DNA from: an uncultured Candidatus Saccharibacteria bacterium
GTDB lineage: Bacteria > Patescibacteriota > Minisyncoccia > SW-4-49-11
Length of the DNA stretch: 64,000 bases
Direction of reading: 5' to 3'
NCBI GenBank assembly: GCA_964633865.1
Contig: CAZWIJ010000002.1
Location: 64,628-128,627 of the forward strand
Shown here: in pieces, positions 37,553 to 48,743 of the stretch
Position numbering within the stretch: position 1 is the first letter of the stretch
Layout: each line of letters opens with the position of its first letter
The notes under the pieces: generated by a model
What the model saw: only the letters and a program-made list of their open reading frames with translations
Database searches by the model: none
What the model was told of the DNA's origin: nothing
Program-made: the position numbers and the translations under genes

Positions 37553-39610
37553 TCAACTATTCCAAAAACTTAATTTCTGTTCTTTCGCCCATTTTTCAAA
37601 AGCTAATGCTATTTCTCTAAGATCATGCTTTTGAATAAGATGATTATGCTCATCGAGCTTTCTCTCTCCCTTCTCATTGGTTTCATACATTTCTATTCCT
37701 GAATTATCTTTTCCGCTATTCTCACTTACTGCCATGAAAATCTCATAATCCTCTTGTTGTGAATTATAGCTTGGAGAATTAGGATCTTCATCCCATTTTT
37801 GGATAAACAATACTGATGTTTTAGTTCCTGTATGTGGTTTAAAGGTGTTTCCATCTAATCCTACTACTGCCACAAGTCTTGCTTTTTCCATAATAAAGCT
37901 TCTAATCTTTTCATCGCTAGTATTATTAAATCTTCCTTGTGGGAGAACAACTGCCATTCTTCCTCCTTCTTTGAGAAAATCTAGATTTCTCTCGATAAAC
38001 AATACATCTCTTGAGACTTTATTTGCTTTTTTTCCTTTACTGTCAAAAGCGACTTCATAATTCGATATTAATCTACTATCTTTAATATCTCCTGCAAACG
38101 GAGGATTTGCCATTACAATATCAAAATTAAATTCTTTTGGGTTCTGTCGATTTTTTGCTAAATCTAGCATTCGATAATATCCTTCAAGATATGTTTTTGC
38201 CCATGAGCTATCTTTTAGTTTTTCTTCCCATCTTGTATAATCTAGTGTATTCAAATGCAATACATTGGTTTTTCCATCTCCTGCTATCATATTGAGGGTT
38301 CTTGCTACTCGAACAGATTTTTCATCAAAATCAATTCTAAATACTTTATGCACATAATCTTTTTGCTCATTGGTAAGTTTTTGATTAGAAAAATTATGAA
38401 AATTTGCTTTTCCTTGATTGACTAATTTTTGCCATACATTAAATAATGTATGTACAGTAAATCCACAACTTCCACAAGCGGTATCTATCATGTATTCATG
38501 TGATTGTGGGTTCATCATATAAACACACATATCTATAACATTTCTTGGGGTGAAATATTGCCCTTTTTCTCCTTTTGCTGACTTATTGACTAAATATTCA
38601 AATGCTTCATCTATCACCTGCAAATTAGAATTAAAGAGCTTTACATTTTGCAAAAATCCTACACAAATTTGGAGATGGTTTTCATCGGTTATTCTGAGTG
38701 GTTCACCTTGCTCAAAAATTCCTTGCCATTTTGATTTGGCTTTTCTATAGAGTTCATTGATGACTTCTTTTGTATGATGTGCATCTCCACGGCTTCTAAA
38801 TTCTAATTTTCTATAATCTTCATTATCAATTTGTTCGAGAATTTGTTTATCTGTAAGGGTGGGGTTTTGCTTCTTGATAATTTTAAACTGTGTCTCAATA
38901 TTTACCCTATCATCAGCACTTTCCATTTCGTCATAAAGTTTGGTAAATATAAGTTTAAATACTTCTTCAAATACATCAACTCCTGCTCCTGATAAAACTT
39001 CATCTTCTATTTCTTGAATCAAAGATTTAAGAGATTTTCGCTCTTCTGCAAGTCTATCTTTTTGCATAAGCTCAAGATAGGTAAATCGTTCATTCTTTAC
39101 ATCATCAATGGTTTCATGTACTTTTGGAATATCTGAAAGAGGTTCAAAATAATTAGGATCAAGTCTTTCATAATAATCAATCTCTACTCCATTAGTCCAG
39201 ATTGCAAGTGGAGCACCTGTAGCATTGGTATAACTTTTAAGCTGATCTTTTCCATCTTTAGCACTATGTTTTTTAATCTCAAGCACACAATAAATACTTG
39301 TTTTATCCTGTTTGTTCAATATTACAATATCTGCAAATTTCTTTTCTCTTCCAAAACTTACAGTATATTCAACATCCAGTAAATCAACAGAATAACCATA
39401 TTCATTGATAAGTTTATCTAACATTAGTTGTCTCACTATCTCTTCAGGCTTTACTTGGATGTCTTTATTTCTTTTAAGACACTTTAGGAAGAGCTTGTCT
39501 CCTTTTTCAAAAATACTATTTTCAATTTTATCGATACTTTCAGGTGAAAAAATAGTAAGATCATATTTACCATTTGATTTAATAAGTTGTGAAAGTTGTC
39601 TATGAACCAT
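37553..39610 (-). CDS. Fused nuclease-N6 methyltransferase (Type IIB/BcgI-like or type I-related R-M subunit)
   Basis: PEEIVRQ...ADIVI...EIK...QL.SY N-terminal domain; GQYFTPR, DTACGSCGF, NPPF. Confidence 0.88.
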   Translation of the reverse strand: MVHRQLSQLIKSNGKYDLTIFSPESIDKIENSIFEKGDKLFLKCLKRNKDIQVKPEEIVRQLMLDKLINEYGYSVDLLDVEYTVSFGREKKFADIVILNKQDKTSIYCVLEIKKHSAKDGKDQLKSYTNATGAPLAIWTNGVEIDYYERLDPNYFEPLSDIPKVHETIDDVKNERFTYLELMQKDRLAEERKSLKSLIQEIEDEVLSGAGVDVFEEVFKLIFTKLYDEMESADDRVNIETQFKIIKKQNPTLTDKQILEQIDNEDYRKLEFRSRGDAHHTKEVINELYRKAKSKWQGIFEQGEPLRITDENHLQICVGFLQNVKLFNSNLQVIDEAFEYLVNKSAKGEKGQYFTPRNVIDMCVYMMNPQSHEYMIDTACGSCGFTVHTLFNVWQKLVNQGKANFHNFSNQKLTNEQKDYVHKVFRIDFDEKSVRVARTLNMIAGDGKTNVLHLNTLDYTRWEEKLKDSSWAKTYLEGYYRMLDLAKNRQNPKEFNFDIVMANPPFAGDIKDSRLISNYEVAFDSKGKKANKVSRDVLFIERNLDFLKEGGRMAVVLPQGRFNNTSDEKIRSFIMEKARLVAVVGLDGNTFKPHTGTKTSVLFIQKWDEDPNSPSYNSQQEDYEIFMAVSENSGKDNSGIEMYETNEKGERKLDEHNHLIQKHDLREIALAFEKWAKEQKLSFWNS

Positions 39611-39772
39611 ATTTTTTATAATCCTTAAATTTAAACTTACCCCCATTATACCACTTTCCAAGTTTTTTTATAGTATTATAGTACGAGATGATAAATAATT
39701 CATGATTTGCCATAATATTTCTATATAAAGTATTCAAATTTAATCAAATAGCTAATAAATTGTTTTTAATAA

Positions 39773-39982
39773 TTATTCAGCAAACCAAGCTTTGATATCT
39801 TTCATTGCAAAAGATCTATCTGCTTGCTTTTCTATATCATAAGCATCCATTAACCAACCGGTCTCAGGATGCCACTCAGTTTTACCAAACCAAATTTTGA
39901 TTGGAATAATATCTCTAATTGATGTTTCTCCTTTGTAATTGGTATAGCAAATTTTTACTCTTTCTTGTTCTTGAAATTTCAT
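39773..39982 (-). CDS. Stand-alone WYL-domain protein
   Basis: YTNYKGE...R.I.P......W....W...AYD..K...RSF.M. Confidence 0.75.
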   Translation of the reverse strand: MKFQEQERVKICYTNYKGETSIRDIIPIKIWFGKTEWHPETGWLMDAYDIEKQADRSFAMKDIKAWFAE

Positions 39983-40054
39983 ATTAAATTTATTATATCT
40001 TATATTATATCATAATTTTATGGTATAATAATACATATTTATAATTGTTTGATA

Positions 40055-40981
40055 ATGTTCCAAATATTAAATGTCATAGCACCATTATTTATAATAATAT
40101 TTACTAGTGCTATATTCCAAAAAATAAAACCTGTTAAAAACTCTTACATAAGAGTCCTAAATCAATTTGCACTTAATATAGGCCTTCCTCTTTTAATTTT
40201 TTCTTCCTTATCTAGTACAAAAATATCATTATACGATGAAATTAATCTTATTCTAGTTAACTCAGCTTATATATTAATCTTATTTTTTATAGTCATTATT
40301 TTATCTAAAATCTTATCCTTAAATGAAAAAGTTTTTAGATCAATTATTATTTGTACAATGTTTGGTAATGTGGCATATTTAGGGATTCCAGTACTTACTC
40401 AAATATTTGGAACTGATGTATTACCTCAAGTTAGCTTAATTGTAGCTGTACATATATTTTGGATATTTAGTTTAGGAATTGGTCACTTAGAGTATTCCAT
40501 CACAGAAGATAAGTCTAGTATTATCCCAAATGTACTAAAGAACCTCTACAGAAGTCCTTTATTATTATCCGTAATATTAGGGTTTTTATTTATGGGACTA
40601 CAGATAACCCTACCTTCTATTCTTTCCAATTCTATTAATATGATTACAAACTCTGTTACTCCTATGGTTTTAGTTGTAATTGGACTTTTTATAGGTAAAT
40701 TCAAATTAGGTCATTGGAAAAAATGGATTCCAGCTTTGATATTCTCGGTATTAAGCTTGACTCTTATTCCTTTTGGTTTATATTTTTTATCTTTAATATT
40801 AAATCTAGATTTTGATTCTCTAGATATTTCTATTTTACAATTTGCTATGCCTATTGCCATCACTCCATTTGCTCTAGCCGACAAATACAATCTTGATAAA
40901 GATTTTATTGCTAAATCTGTCATAATCAGTACTTTATTATCTATTATTACTTTACCTTTTTGGGTATTTATCTTAAATTAA
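40055..40981 (+). CDS. AEC-family transporter
   Basis: About 10 TM helices, LP.LIF, FGN.AYLG.P, AMP.A. Confidence 0.85.
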   Translation: MFQILNVIAPLFIIIFTSAIFQKIKPVKNSYIRVLNQFALNIGLPLLIFSSLSSTKISLYDEINLILVNSAYILILFFIVIILSKILSLNEKVFRSIIICTMFGNVAYLGIPVLTQIFGTDVLPQVSLIVAVHIFWIFSLGIGHLEYSITEDKSSIIPNVLKNLYRSPLLLSVILGFLFMGLQITLPSILSNSINMITNSVTPMVLVVIGLFIGKFKLGHWKKWIPALIFSVLSLTLIPFGLYFLSLILNLDFDSLDISILQFAMPIAITPFALADKYNLDKDFIAKSVIISTLLSIITLPFWVFILN

Positions 40982-41023
40982 AAAATTAAATGAAAAAGAT
41001 GAAAAACATTGAGAACAATCTTG

Positions 41024-41042
41024 TGCTGAGTGTACCGAAGCA
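41024..41042. repeat. Single short REP-like element
   Basis: TGCTGAGTGTACCGAAGCA resembles GCTGAG...CGAAGC intergenic repeats recalled from other genomes. Confidence 0.35.
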
Positions 41043-41155
41043 AGTTGATTAGGAAAAGAAAAGATAAAGTCTACGATCATGTCATCTCGTACAATTTTAT
41101 CATATTTTGTATTTGTATGATATAATAATTGAGATAAAAATTATACTAAATTATT

Positions 41156-42163
41156 ATGTGGAAATTAGAGTTTATTGAAGGAGGAATTATCTATGTCAAA
41201 CAAGAATTAAATAATTTACTTCTGAGTGATTTTATAATTAAAGAAGAATCTAAATTCATGTATTTAGAAAAAAATCCAAAAATTAAAATAGATATTATCA
41301 AAAATCTAAGAACTATCACTAAAGCTTATTCTGTATTAGAATCTCCCAAATTAACTCCAAAATATATTGCTAAAAATAAATCTATTCTTGGTAATTTAGT
41401 TAAAGAAATTATTGAATTAGATGAATTTGATACATTTTTTATTCAATGTGCTGGAGATGATACTCCTGAGATAAAATCCATTCTAAGATATATTTCTCAA
41501 GAATTCAAATTAGAATATGACAATAATAATCCTGATTTAAAAATACATATTATAAAAATTAAAGATCTTTGGGAAATTGGTGTTCAGATAACTACAAGAC
41601 CTTTAAGTACAAGATCTTACCGAATATCCCATATTAGCGGAGCCTTGAATCCGACTATTGCTTCTGGTATGAATCTATTAGCAGATATTCAGTCTGCAAA
41701 GTCTTATCTGAATCCATTCTCTGGTAGTGGAACTTTCTTGATTGAAGCTTTGATTAGTAACCCCAATTTACAAGAAATTATTGGATTTGATATCGATAAA
41801 TCAGCTCTTACTGCTTCTATCCAAAACATCAAAGAAGCTGGATTCATAAGAAAAATAAAGATAAAATCATTAGACATTACTGATAATTTAGATTTAGGTA
41901 AATTTGATATCATAACAGCTGACTTACCATTTGGAATGGTTATTTCCAAACATACAAATCTAGAAGATCTATACCAAAAATTTATTGAATTATCTAAAAA
42001 TCATCTAGCGAAAAATGGGAAAATGATTGCAATAACTAGTGAAATAGACTTATTTAGAAAAACTATCCAAAAATCTAAATTAAAAATTATTAAAGAAATA
42101 TCTTTAAAGCAAATTACTTCGGTAAATTCTTATCTCAAAACTAGTATATTTTTGTGTAAATAA
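41156..42163 (+). CDS. RNA methyltransferase, TrmG10/RlmL-like (UPF0020)
   Basis: LS.RSYR, GALNPTIA, NPFSGSGT, DLPFG. Confidence 0.8.
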   Translation: MWKLEFIEGGIIYVKQELNNLLLSDFIIKEESKFMYLEKNPKIKIDIIKNLRTITKAYSVLESPKLTPKYIAKNKSILGNLVKEIIELDEFDTFFIQCAGDDTPEIKSILRYISQEFKLEYDNNNPDLKIHIIKIKDLWEIGVQITTRPLSTRSYRISHISGALNPTIASGMNLLADIQSAKSYLNPFSGSGTFLIEALISNPNLQEIIGFDIDKSALTASIQNIKEAGFIRKIKIKSLDITDNLDLGKFDIITADLPFGMVISKHTNLEDLYQKFIELSKNHLAKNGKMIAITSEIDLFRKTIQKSKLKIIKEISLKQITSVNSYLKTSIFLCK

Positions 42164-42254
42164 TTAAATTATTTTTCTTCTTCAAAATTTCCAAACTCTA
42201 ATTATCTATGTTATAATAATATTAATATTTTACTAAAAAGACCTCATTTTTAAT

Positions 42255-45200
42255 ATGCCTAAATTTACACATCTACACACCCATAGCCATTACAGTATCC
42301 TAGAAGCAATTGGAAATATTTCTGATCTAGTTCAATTTACTTCTAAAAACAATATGTCCTCCATTGCTCTTACGGATAATGGGAATATGTTTGGGGCTAT
42401 AGATTTTTATAAAACTTGTGAAAAAAATAAAATCAAACCTATTTTTGGATTAGAGATACTAATTGACCCAAAAGGAATTCAGGATAAATCAGCAAGTCCT
42501 GATAAGATTCTTTATCCCCTTGTTCTTTTAGCTAAAGATTATCAAGGGTATTTGAACCTAATAGAAATTGTAACCAAAGCTAGAGTGGAAGGTTATATCC
42601 CTCATCCAAAGATAGATAAAGAAATTTTATCAAAATATAGTCAAGGTTTGATTTGTTTGACCGGAGACTTCAATGGAGAATTAGGGCAAAAAATTTTACA
42701 AAAAGATAAATCTGGAATTGATGATTTATTAAAATTTTATCAAGATATATTCGGAGATAATCTATATTTAGAAATTGTTCCCTCTAAAAACACTAAAGAT
42801 CAAATTACTGTTAATCAAGAATTGATAAAAATTTCAGAAGAGACAAAAATTGAACTGGTATTAACTGGAATCAATTATTATATTGAGAAAGAAAAAGCAC
42901 AAGCTCACGATATTATGCTTGCTATAAAAAATAAAACTAATTTGATGAATTCTGAAAGGTATACTTTGATTAATGAAGATTATTCTTTGAAGACACCTGA
43001 TGAAATGTGGGATCTCACTCAAGAACTAAATATACCCGAACAAGCTTTTCATAATACCAATAAAATAGCTGAACTTTGTAAAGTCAAAGTTCCTTTGTAC
43101 CAAATTCAATTACCTCATTTTGATGTTCCAATAAAAAAAGATTCTGGAGAATCTCTAACTGATGCTGAATATCTCAAAGTTTTATGTGAAGAAGGAACTC
43201 CCAAAAGATATCCTGATGGAAATTTACCTGAAGGATTTCAAGAGAGATTAGAGTATGAATTAAAAACCATTAATGATTCTGGTTATCCGTCTTATTTTTT
43301 AATTGTTAGTGATTTTATTAATTGGGCAAAAGAAAACGGTATATTGGTTGGTCCTGGAAGAGGTAGTGCAGCTGGAAGCTTGGTTGCTTATTTAGTTGGA
43401 ATTACAGATCTTGATCCAATTCAATTTGAGCTTTTGTTCGAGAGATTTCTAAATCCTGCTAGAGTTTCTATGCCAGATATTGATATTGACTTTCAGGATA
43501 ATAAAAGGGATTTGGTTTTGGAATATGTAGCCAATAAATATGGTCGTGATCATGTAGCTCAAATTTGTACTTTTGGGACAATGGCAGCCAAAAATTCTAT
43601 CAGGGATACTGGAAGAGCTCTTGGATATTCTTATAGTCTATGTGATTCTATTGCTAAAATGATTGAGAAGAAAACAATTCAAAAATCTCTTGATGATTCG
43701 AATGAACTAAGAAATCGTTACGAACAAGATGATAAAGTACAAGTTCTGATTGATACTGCGCAAATTTTAGAAGGTTCAATTAGACATACTTCTACTCATG
43801 CTTGTGCTGTTGTGATTTCTAATAAATCTCTAACTCATTATACTCCCCTACAAATTTCAGAATCTGGAGGAAAAACTGGAATTACAACACAATTTGAAAT
43901 GCATGCTATTGAAGATCTTGGTCTTCTAAAAATGGATTTCCTTGGTCTTGCCAATCTTTCTATTATAGAATCTACTTTAAAATTAATAAAACAAAATCAC
44001 AAGATAGAAATTGATATGACTAATTTATCATTAGATGACAAGAATGCTTATAAACTTTTCCAAAAAGGACAAACCACTGGAGTATTTCAATTTGAATCTG
44101 CTGGTATGAAAAAAGCTTTGATTGGGCTTAAACCTTCTGAGTTTAATGATTTGATTGCTATGGTTTCTCTATATCGACCAGGACCTATGGAACTTATTCC
44201 AACTTATATAGCCAGAAAACACAGAGAAGAAGAGGTGAAATATTTACATCCTAATTTAGAAAACATTCTAAAACCAACTTACGGGATTATGATCTACCAA
44301 GAACAACTTATGCAAGCCTCACAAGCTATTGCTGGATTTAGTTTACCAGAAGCAGATATTTTGAGGAAAGCGGTTGGAAAAAAGATATTTGAACTGATGG
44401 AAGAACAAAAAGTAAAAATTATTGAAGGTACGGTAAAAAATGGGATAGAAAGAGAAATTGGAGAGAAACTCTGGGAGTTAATTGAGCCTTTTGCTTTGTA
44501 TGGATTTAATAAATCTCATGCTGCTTGCTATGCTTTAGTTGCATACCAAACCGCTTACTTAAAATCTCACTATCCTTTAGAATTTATGGTATCTTTGATG
44601 AATAGTGATGCTAAGGACTTAACAAGAATTGCTATTGAGATTGAAGAGTCAAAACAAATTGGATTAGAGATAATCCCTCCTTCCATCAATACTAGTTATC
44701 CTGACTTTGTAGGTAAAGATAAACAAATTTTCTATGGACTTGGAACTATTCGTAATATGTCATACAAATTGGCAGAAATTATAGTTAATGAAAGGAATCA
44801 AAATGGACTTTTCAAAAGCTTTCAAGATTTTTTAGAAAGAATTGATGGAAAAGAGTTAAATAAAAAAAATTTAGAAGCTTTGATAAAATCTGGATGTTTT
44901 GATAGTCTAGAAAACAGACAAAAACTTATCATAAATTTAGAAAATATTTTAGAATATATAAAAAAATTAATTCATATCAAAGGACAAAATTCTAACCAAA
45001 ATAGTTTCTTACTCAGTATTTCTCCCAATGAATTACCAAAATTAGAATTACCTCCATATATTGGAGATGATAGACAAGATTTGATAGAAAATTTATCTTT
45101 GGAAAACACTTATTTAGGTTGTTTTGTAAGTGGACATCCTATAGATCAATTTCAAGCTAAAATAAATGAATTATGCCTTCCTAATATACAAGATATAAAA

Positions 45201-45800
45201 TCTAGCAAAAGAATTTCTAACCTAAATATCGTCGGAGTTATTAGTAGTTTAAAGGAAATTACTACTAAAAAAGGTGATAAAATGGCTTTTATACAAGTTG
45301 AAGATGAGAAAGACAATATAGAAGTAATTTTATTCCCTTCAATTTATGATGGGATAAAAAATATTCTCAACACAGATAATTGTTTTATCTTCCGTGGGAA
45401 ATTAGATAAAGAAAATAACCAAATCAAATTCATCGGACAGGATGTGAAAAATCTATCAGATGAAAATATAATTGATTGGCTTGGTAAAAAAGTATCAAAA
45501 GTGACTAAAAAGCCATCAACAGAAGATATCTCTAATGCAAGTGAAGTTGATAATGAGATAAAAAAATATTTCAATAATGATAATGAAGAAGTTGTAGGTA
45601 TAAATATTCCCATTCCAAAAAATCTTACCAAAGATAAATTAGAAAATTTGAAACAATTCCTGAAAGAATCTCCTAGAGGTTATTGCACAGTATATTTTAT
45701 TATAAATCCCAATACTTATCAGGCAGAATGTCTAGAGACAAAATTTAAAGTAGAATATTCTTTTAAGTTAATTGATGATCTAAAGAAAATTATTTCATAA
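42255..45800 (+). CDS. dnaE: DNA polymerase III alpha subunit
   Basis: PHP motif HLHTHSHYS, GRGSAAGS, FERFLNP.R.SMPDIDIDF, KMDFLGL, YGFNKSH, OB-fold. Confidence 0.97.
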   Translation: MPKFTHLHTHSHYSILEAIGNISDLVQFTSKNNMSSIALTDNGNMFGAIDFYKTCEKNKIKPIFGLEILIDPKGIQDKSASPDKILYPLVLLAKDYQGYLNLIEIVTKARVEGYIPHPKIDKEILSKYSQGLICLTGDFNGELGQKILQKDKSGIDDLLKFYQDIFGDNLYLEIVPSKNTKDQITVNQELIKISEETKIELVLTGINYYIEKEKAQAHDIMLAIKNKTNLMNSERYTLINEDYSLKTPDEMWDLTQELNIPEQAFHNTNKIAELCKVKVPLYQIQLPHFDVPIKKDSGESLTDAEYLKVLCEEGTPKRYPDGNLPEGFQERLEYELKTINDSGYPSYFLIVSDFINWAKENGILVGPGRGSAAGSLVAYLVGITDLDPIQFELLFERFLNPARVSMPDIDIDFQDNKRDLVLEYVANKYGRDHVAQICTFGTMAAKNSIRDTGRALGYSYSLCDSIAKMIEKKTIQKSLDDSNELRNRYEQDDKVQVLIDTAQILEGSIRHTSTHACAVVISNKSLTHYTPLQISESGGKTGITTQFEMHAIEDLGLLKMDFLGLANLSIIESTLKLIKQNHKIEIDMTNLSLDDKNAYKLFQKGQTTGVFQFESAGMKKALIGLKPSEFNDLIAMVSLYRPGPMELIPTYIARKHREEEVKYLHPNLENILKPTYGIMIYQEQLMQASQAIAGFSLPEADILRKAVGKKIFELMEEQKVKIIEGTVKNGIEREIGEKLWELIEPFALYGFNKSHAACYALVAYQTAYLKSHYPLEFMVSLMNSDAKDLTRIAIEIEESKQIGLEIIPPSINTSYPDFVGKDKQIFYGLGTIRNMSYKLAEIIVNERNQNGLFKSFQDFLERIDGKELNKKNLEALIKSGCFDSLENRQKLIINLENILEYIKKLIHIKGQNSNQNSFLLSISPNELPKLELPPYIGDDRQDLIENLSLENTYLGCFVSGHPIDQFQAKINELCLPNIQDIKSSKRISNLNIVGVISSLKEITTKKGDKMAFIQVEDEKDNIEVILFPSIYDGIKNILNTDNCFIFRGKLDKENNQIKFIGQDVKNLSDENIIDWLGKKVSKVTKKPSTEDISNASEVDNEIKKYFNNDNEEVVGINIPIPKNLTKDKLENLKQFLKESPRGYCTVYFIINPNTYQAECLETKFKVEYSFKLIDDLKKIIS

Positions 45801-45896
45801 CAAAATTTTTTATCAATTAATTATTAAAATAAAAATCCCTCACTTTATTAAAATAAAAGTGAGGAAATAATATTTATAATGTTATATAAGAATATA

Positions 45897-46526
45897 TTAA
45901 ATATATAGCTCTATTAAATTCATTTCTCCTATAGAGCCTGTTATTCTAGATTTCATATATCTAGAAAAATCCATATTATTAATATAAAATTCTAAAATTT
46001 GTACTTTTGTCATCTTATTACTCTCAAAAGTATTAAGCTTAAAGTTAGGATTTACTTTAAGCATTTTTTTAATATTCTGATTAAGCATAATATCAGCATA
46101 GGCATTCTCCAAAAGGATACTAGATTCAGGATCAGTAACTACATTGGGTAGATGACCTGATATATATGATGTGAAATAGTTTTTACTAACTATGATATAG
46201 TTAATACATATAAAATATTGATCCATTCTGACACCTATTTCTGACATATAATCAACTTTTAAGCTGAGTCTATATTTGAATCTTTCTTTTAAATAGCTTG
46301 CAAAACTTATGGCTCTTTCAGAATCACTTATTATATTTTCTTCTATATTATAGAAGCAGAATATTGGAATATTTGAGTCTCCTGGCATTATACCAGGAGG
46401 TAATAATTGACATATAACAATCAAATCTTTGTCATTCATTGAAAATATTTCAAGCAACTTATATCTTATAAAATGATGGACTGGGTTGGTTTGAGCCAAA
46501 ATATCAACCTGAATACTATGATACAT
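45897..46526 (-). CDS. Orphan protein, paralog A
   Basis: Shares PGIM..DSN.PIF.FYN.E, NAYA..M.N and FSRYM with 46646..47281. Confidence 0.7.
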   Translation of the reverse strand: MYHSIQVDILAQTNPVHHFIRYKLLEIFSMNDKDLIVICQLLPPGIMPGDSNIPIFCFYNIEENIISDSERAISFASYLKERFKYRLSLKVDYMSEIGVRMDQYFICINYIIVSKNYFTSYISGHLPNVVTDPESSILLENAYADIMLNQNIKKMLKVNPNFKLNTFESNKMTKVQILEFYINNMDFSRYMKSRITGSIGEMNLIELYI

Positions 46527-46645
46527 AAATTTTAAACCTATTAAAAGAACAACATTAAAATATTATTATAAAAAATTGTTTTTGTCAATACATCTTTACA
46601 AAAATAAAAACATCCTCATTCAATATAAAGATGTTTCATTGGATT

Positions 46646-47281
46646 TTAAAGATAAATTTTTAAAAATTGAACTCCTTCCCATGTTCCTTCTATAATATAT
46701 TCCATATATCTTGAAAATCCATATTCCTGTATATATACTTCTAAAAGTTCTAGCTTAGTTTTAGAATTTTCTTTAAAATTAATTAAAGATTCTAACTTAA
46801 ATCTTGGATTTTCTCTAAATAACCTTACGACATTACTATTAATCATAAATTCAGCATAAGCATTTAAAAAAATGTCTCTATACCCTTCTTCTAAATTCAA
46901 TTCTTTGTTTCTACCAATCAAATATTCATCAAAACAACTTTTATTGATAGCAATATAGTCAAAAGAAACGATATATCCTTCTGTAATAAGTCCAAATTTA
47001 TTTAAGCTCTTATCCTGAATATTAGGTATTTTAGAATATCTAACCTTAAGATGTTTACAAAAATGAGTAAATCTATCAGAGTCATTTATACAATTTTCTA
47101 AATTATAGAAATAAAATATCGGTAAATTAGAGTCAAAAAGCATTATGCCAGGTACAGTTATAGCTCCAAATATTATAAGCTCACTTTCTCTATTAGAGAG
47201 CATTGGAGTTATTTCATTTTTTAAAATTACCTGTATTGAATCTTCAGCAGATGTAACATTAAATTGCAATCTATTATACAT
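46646..47281 (-). CDS. Orphan protein, paralog B
   Basis: Tandem paralog of 45897..46526. Confidence 0.7.
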   Translation of the reverse strand: MYNRLQFNVTSAEDSIQVILKNEITPMLSNRESELIIFGAITVPGIMLFDSNLPIFYFYNLENCINDSDRFTHFCKHLKVRYSKIPNIQDKSLNKFGLITEGYIVSFDYIAINKSCFDEYLIGRNKELNLEEGYRDIFLNAYAEFMINSNVVRLFRENPRFKLESLINFKENSKTKLELLEVYIQEYGFSRYMEYIIEGTWEGVQFLKIYL

Positions 47282-47427
47282 ATAAAATTCAGTTTTTAAA
47301 AAGAACTTATTAAATATATCTTAATTTAAAATCTATGTCAATATATAAAAAAGTTTTTAATTTGCTTTATATTCAAAAAAATTTTATAATATATAGTAGA
47401 AAAAACTTATTTTAATTAACACATAAT

Positions 47428-48669
47428 ATGGAAAAATTTAATCAAAATCAAAATTTACTAGAAGAAGACTTTTCACAAATCGACGAAGAAAATAATAGTT
47501 ATACTGAAAAGATTTTAAAAGTTAGACAAGAAAAATACAATTCAGAACTAAAGAGAACTTTAGAAGAAAGAACTTTAGAAAAAGCTCTTCAAAATAAAGA
47601 ACTTGAAGAATTAGAAAAACTACATCAAGAAAAATTATTAAAACAAGCTCAATTATTAGAAGAGCAAAGGGAAAAATTAGAAATTTTAACAAAAGTACAA
47701 GAATTTAAAGAAAAAATAGAATTAGAAAAACAAGAACTTATAGAAAATAAAGGTCCTCGAAAGAAATATAACGGATTTTCTTTTGAAGATACACTTAAGT
47801 CAGCTTTTGAAAATATTGAAGGAGATACTATTACAAGTGATATTAAATTACCTAATTTACGAAAAAAAGAAAATTTAAAATTAATTGAAAAACTCAATGA
47901 TATAGATCAAATTAAAGAGTTATTATACACTGTGCTTCCAGACAAATCAGCAATAGCAGAGTCCTATTTAAAAGAAGAAAATAAAACTGATGATCCTCAA
48001 GCTTGGCTTGATAAAGTAGCAGGTGTAGATATGCAACCTTATCAAATACTAAAGGGAGAAACAAAAGAAGGAAAAGATATATATTATCCTGAAATTGCTC
48101 TTGTAGATTTAACTACAGATTCTAATCCTGTAAAAATAAAAAGAAAAATGAAAAATCATATAAAAAGTATGGCTGTTTATTATGAACTAACTGGAAAAAA
48201 TTCTTTTCCTATAATTCTAATAATGGATGATAAAAAGTTTCTTAGAGATGATAGTGAAATAAATTTTAGAGAAAATAGATATAAATTATCTAATTTTATA
48301 TCAGGATATCTAACTAAAATTCTAGAAATGAATCCAAACAAAAGACCTGCATATATCAAGTTCTCTGAAATTCAAGAAGTCTACAATAATGATTTAGATA
48401 CATATGATGACCCTGAAAAACCAAAAAACAGCTGGAAAAAAAGAGAAAAAAATGTCCAAAACCATTTAATAAGATTATCTAATATAGAATTAGAGATTAA
48501 AAAAAAGAATCGCTATACTAGTGATGAAGAATATTTAGAAAAAGAATTTGATGGAGATACTGAGAAAAGAATTATTTTTAGAAAATCTGCTTTAGAAAAT
48601 ATAAGTAAAGGATATTCTAATCAACAAATATTTGAACTATTACCTAAAAATAAAAAATCAGATGAGTAA
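47428..48669 (+). CDS. Hypothetical protein, N-terminal coiled coil
   Basis: Long ORF; D...GVD...VDLT...K segment reminiscent of a PD-(D/E)XK-like fold (weak). Confidence 0.65.
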   Translation: MEKFNQNQNLLEEDFSQIDEENNSYTEKILKVRQEKYNSELKRTLEERTLEKALQNKELEELEKLHQEKLLKQAQLLEEQREKLEILTKVQEFKEKIELEKQELIENKGPRKKYNGFSFEDTLKSAFENIEGDTITSDIKLPNLRKKENLKLIEKLNDIDQIKELLYTVLPDKSAIAESYLKEENKTDDPQAWLDKVAGVDMQPYQILKGETKEGKDIYYPEIALVDLTTDSNPVKIKRKMKNHIKSMAVYYELTGKNSFPIILIMDDKKFLRDDSEINFRENRYKLSNFISGYLTKILEMNPNKRPAYIKFSEIQEVYNNDLDTYDDPEKPKNSWKKREKNVQNHLIRLSNIELEIKKKNRYTSDEEYLEKEFDGDTEKRIIFRKSALENISKGYSNQQIFELLPKNKKSDE

Positions 48670-48743
48670 ATTTAATTTATTATCGTAAAACTTTTTACTA
48701 TTAAATAAAAAGATTACATCATCACAATGTAATCTTACTAAAT

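Noticed and set aside
40990-41052. 20-aa ORF MKKMKNIENNLVLSVPKQVD
   Set aside because: Too short, and largely explained by reading through a REP-like element.
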